Virus record (IMG/VR): IMGVR_UViG_3300048630_000409 | Span: 1-34,527 of that record | Source: a virus | Taxonomy: Duplodnaviria > Caudoviricetes | Length of the DNA stretch: 34,527 nt | Strand: one strand, 5' to 3' | Shown: positions 33,939-34,527 of the stretch, piece after piece | Layout: the number at the start of each line of letters is the position of its first letter | Position numbering within the stretch: the first letter of the stretch is position 1 | The notes under the pieces: model-generated | Told to the model about the DNA's origin: nothing | Database searches by the model: none | What the model saw: only the letters and a program-made list of their open reading frames with translations | Position numbers and translations under genes: made by a program

Positions 33939-34527
33939 TGGCGACAGCTGATGAAGTGATCGTCGAGTTCGAGGCGCGGATCGGCAAATATCAGGCCGAT
34001 CTTCGGCGCGCACAACAGTCGTTCGAGCGCTCCACGGGAGCGCAAGAGGCCCGGATGCAGCAGTTCGAGCGACGGGTCAGCGCTGGAGCGGGCCGCGTCG
34101 GCGCCGCTCTTGCGGGCATCGCGACAGTCGCCACTGCACGGGAATTTCTTCGCCTGGTCGACGCATCCAAGCAGATCGAGGCGCAGCTTCGTCTCGCCAC
34201 GCGGGAGACTGGCAATTTCGCACAGGCGCAGGAGGATGTGCGCCGGATCGCGATGGCTTCACGCAGCGGGCTCGAGGAAACCGCGCAGCTCTACGCGACG
34301 TTCCAGCGTAACGCGGTAGAACTCGGTATCTCCCAACAACAGGCGGCGCGCGCAACCGAGACCATCACGAAAGCGTTTCAGGTGTCGGGCGCCACTGCTG
34401 CCGAGGCTGCCGGCGGCCTACGGCAGTTTCTGCAGGGCATTCAGTCCGGCACCCTCCGCGGCGAGGAGTTGAACAGCGTTCTCGAGAACGCGCCACGGCT
34501 CGCCCGCGCACTCGCCGACGGCTTGAA
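33938..34527 (+). CDS. Tail tape measure protein (3' truncated)
   Basis: MATADEVIVEFEARI...SRSGLEETAQLY...SGATAAEAAGGLRQFLQGIQSGTLRGEELNSVLENAPRL; open to window end. Confidence 0.93.
   Translation, partial: MATADEVIVEFEARIGKYQADLRRAQQSFERSTGAQEARMQQFERRVSAGAGRVGAALAGIATVATAREFLRLVDASKQIEAQLRLATRETGNFAQAQEDVRRIAMASRSGLEETAQLYATFQRNAVELGISQQQAARATETITKAFQVSGATAAEAAGGLRQFLQGIQSGTLRGEELNSVLENAPRLARALADGL

Larger units (their letters stand above)
1006..34527. mobile_element. Temperate siphovirus-like prophage (left part; right end outside window)
   Basis: Integrase ends 6 nt from the tRNA 3' end; lambdoid order int-early-cI/cro-replication-terminase-head-tail-tape measure; visibly lower GC than the host genes at 1-840. 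Confidence 0.97.

Noticed and set aside
32871-34527. Gene transfer agent
   Set aside because: Tail genes look GTA-like, but integrase, repressor switch and replication genes indicate a true prophage

Overview
Left 33.5 kb of a temperate siphovirus-type prophage integrated at the 3' end of a tRNA-Phe(GAA) gene. The host is a GC-rich alphaproteobacterium; the RNase E/G-yacG-tRNA-Phe context suggests Sphingomonadales. Order: host genes (1-1005); tyrosine integrase and a leftward early operon (two ASCH proteins, a bL12-CTD-like protein, a C5-MTase-like protein, RecT, small ORFs); a lambda-like cI/cro switch with clear 18-bp operators; a rightward early/replication operon (DnaA-CTD protein, SF2 helicase, N6-MTase, VRR-NUC, VapE/VirE ATPase, GACTAC-repeat putative origin); terminase; a DUF1073/DUF2213/DUF2184-type head module; head-tail and tail genes with a -1 frameshift chaperone; and the start of the tape measure gene. 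A HigBA-type TA pair and a membrane protein are inserted antisense among the tail genes. The most notable signal is a portal fused in frame to a 2H-phosphoesterase (Acb1/T4 57B-like) domain, with a 14-nt perfect anti-16S sequence in the linker. Also notable are a CCGTCCGTAG motif at fixed spacing before SD-less late genes, a pseudoknot-capable intergenic RNA and a CTG-start structural gene. All family calls come from motif recognition by eye; no searches were run. attR and lysis genes are not in the window.
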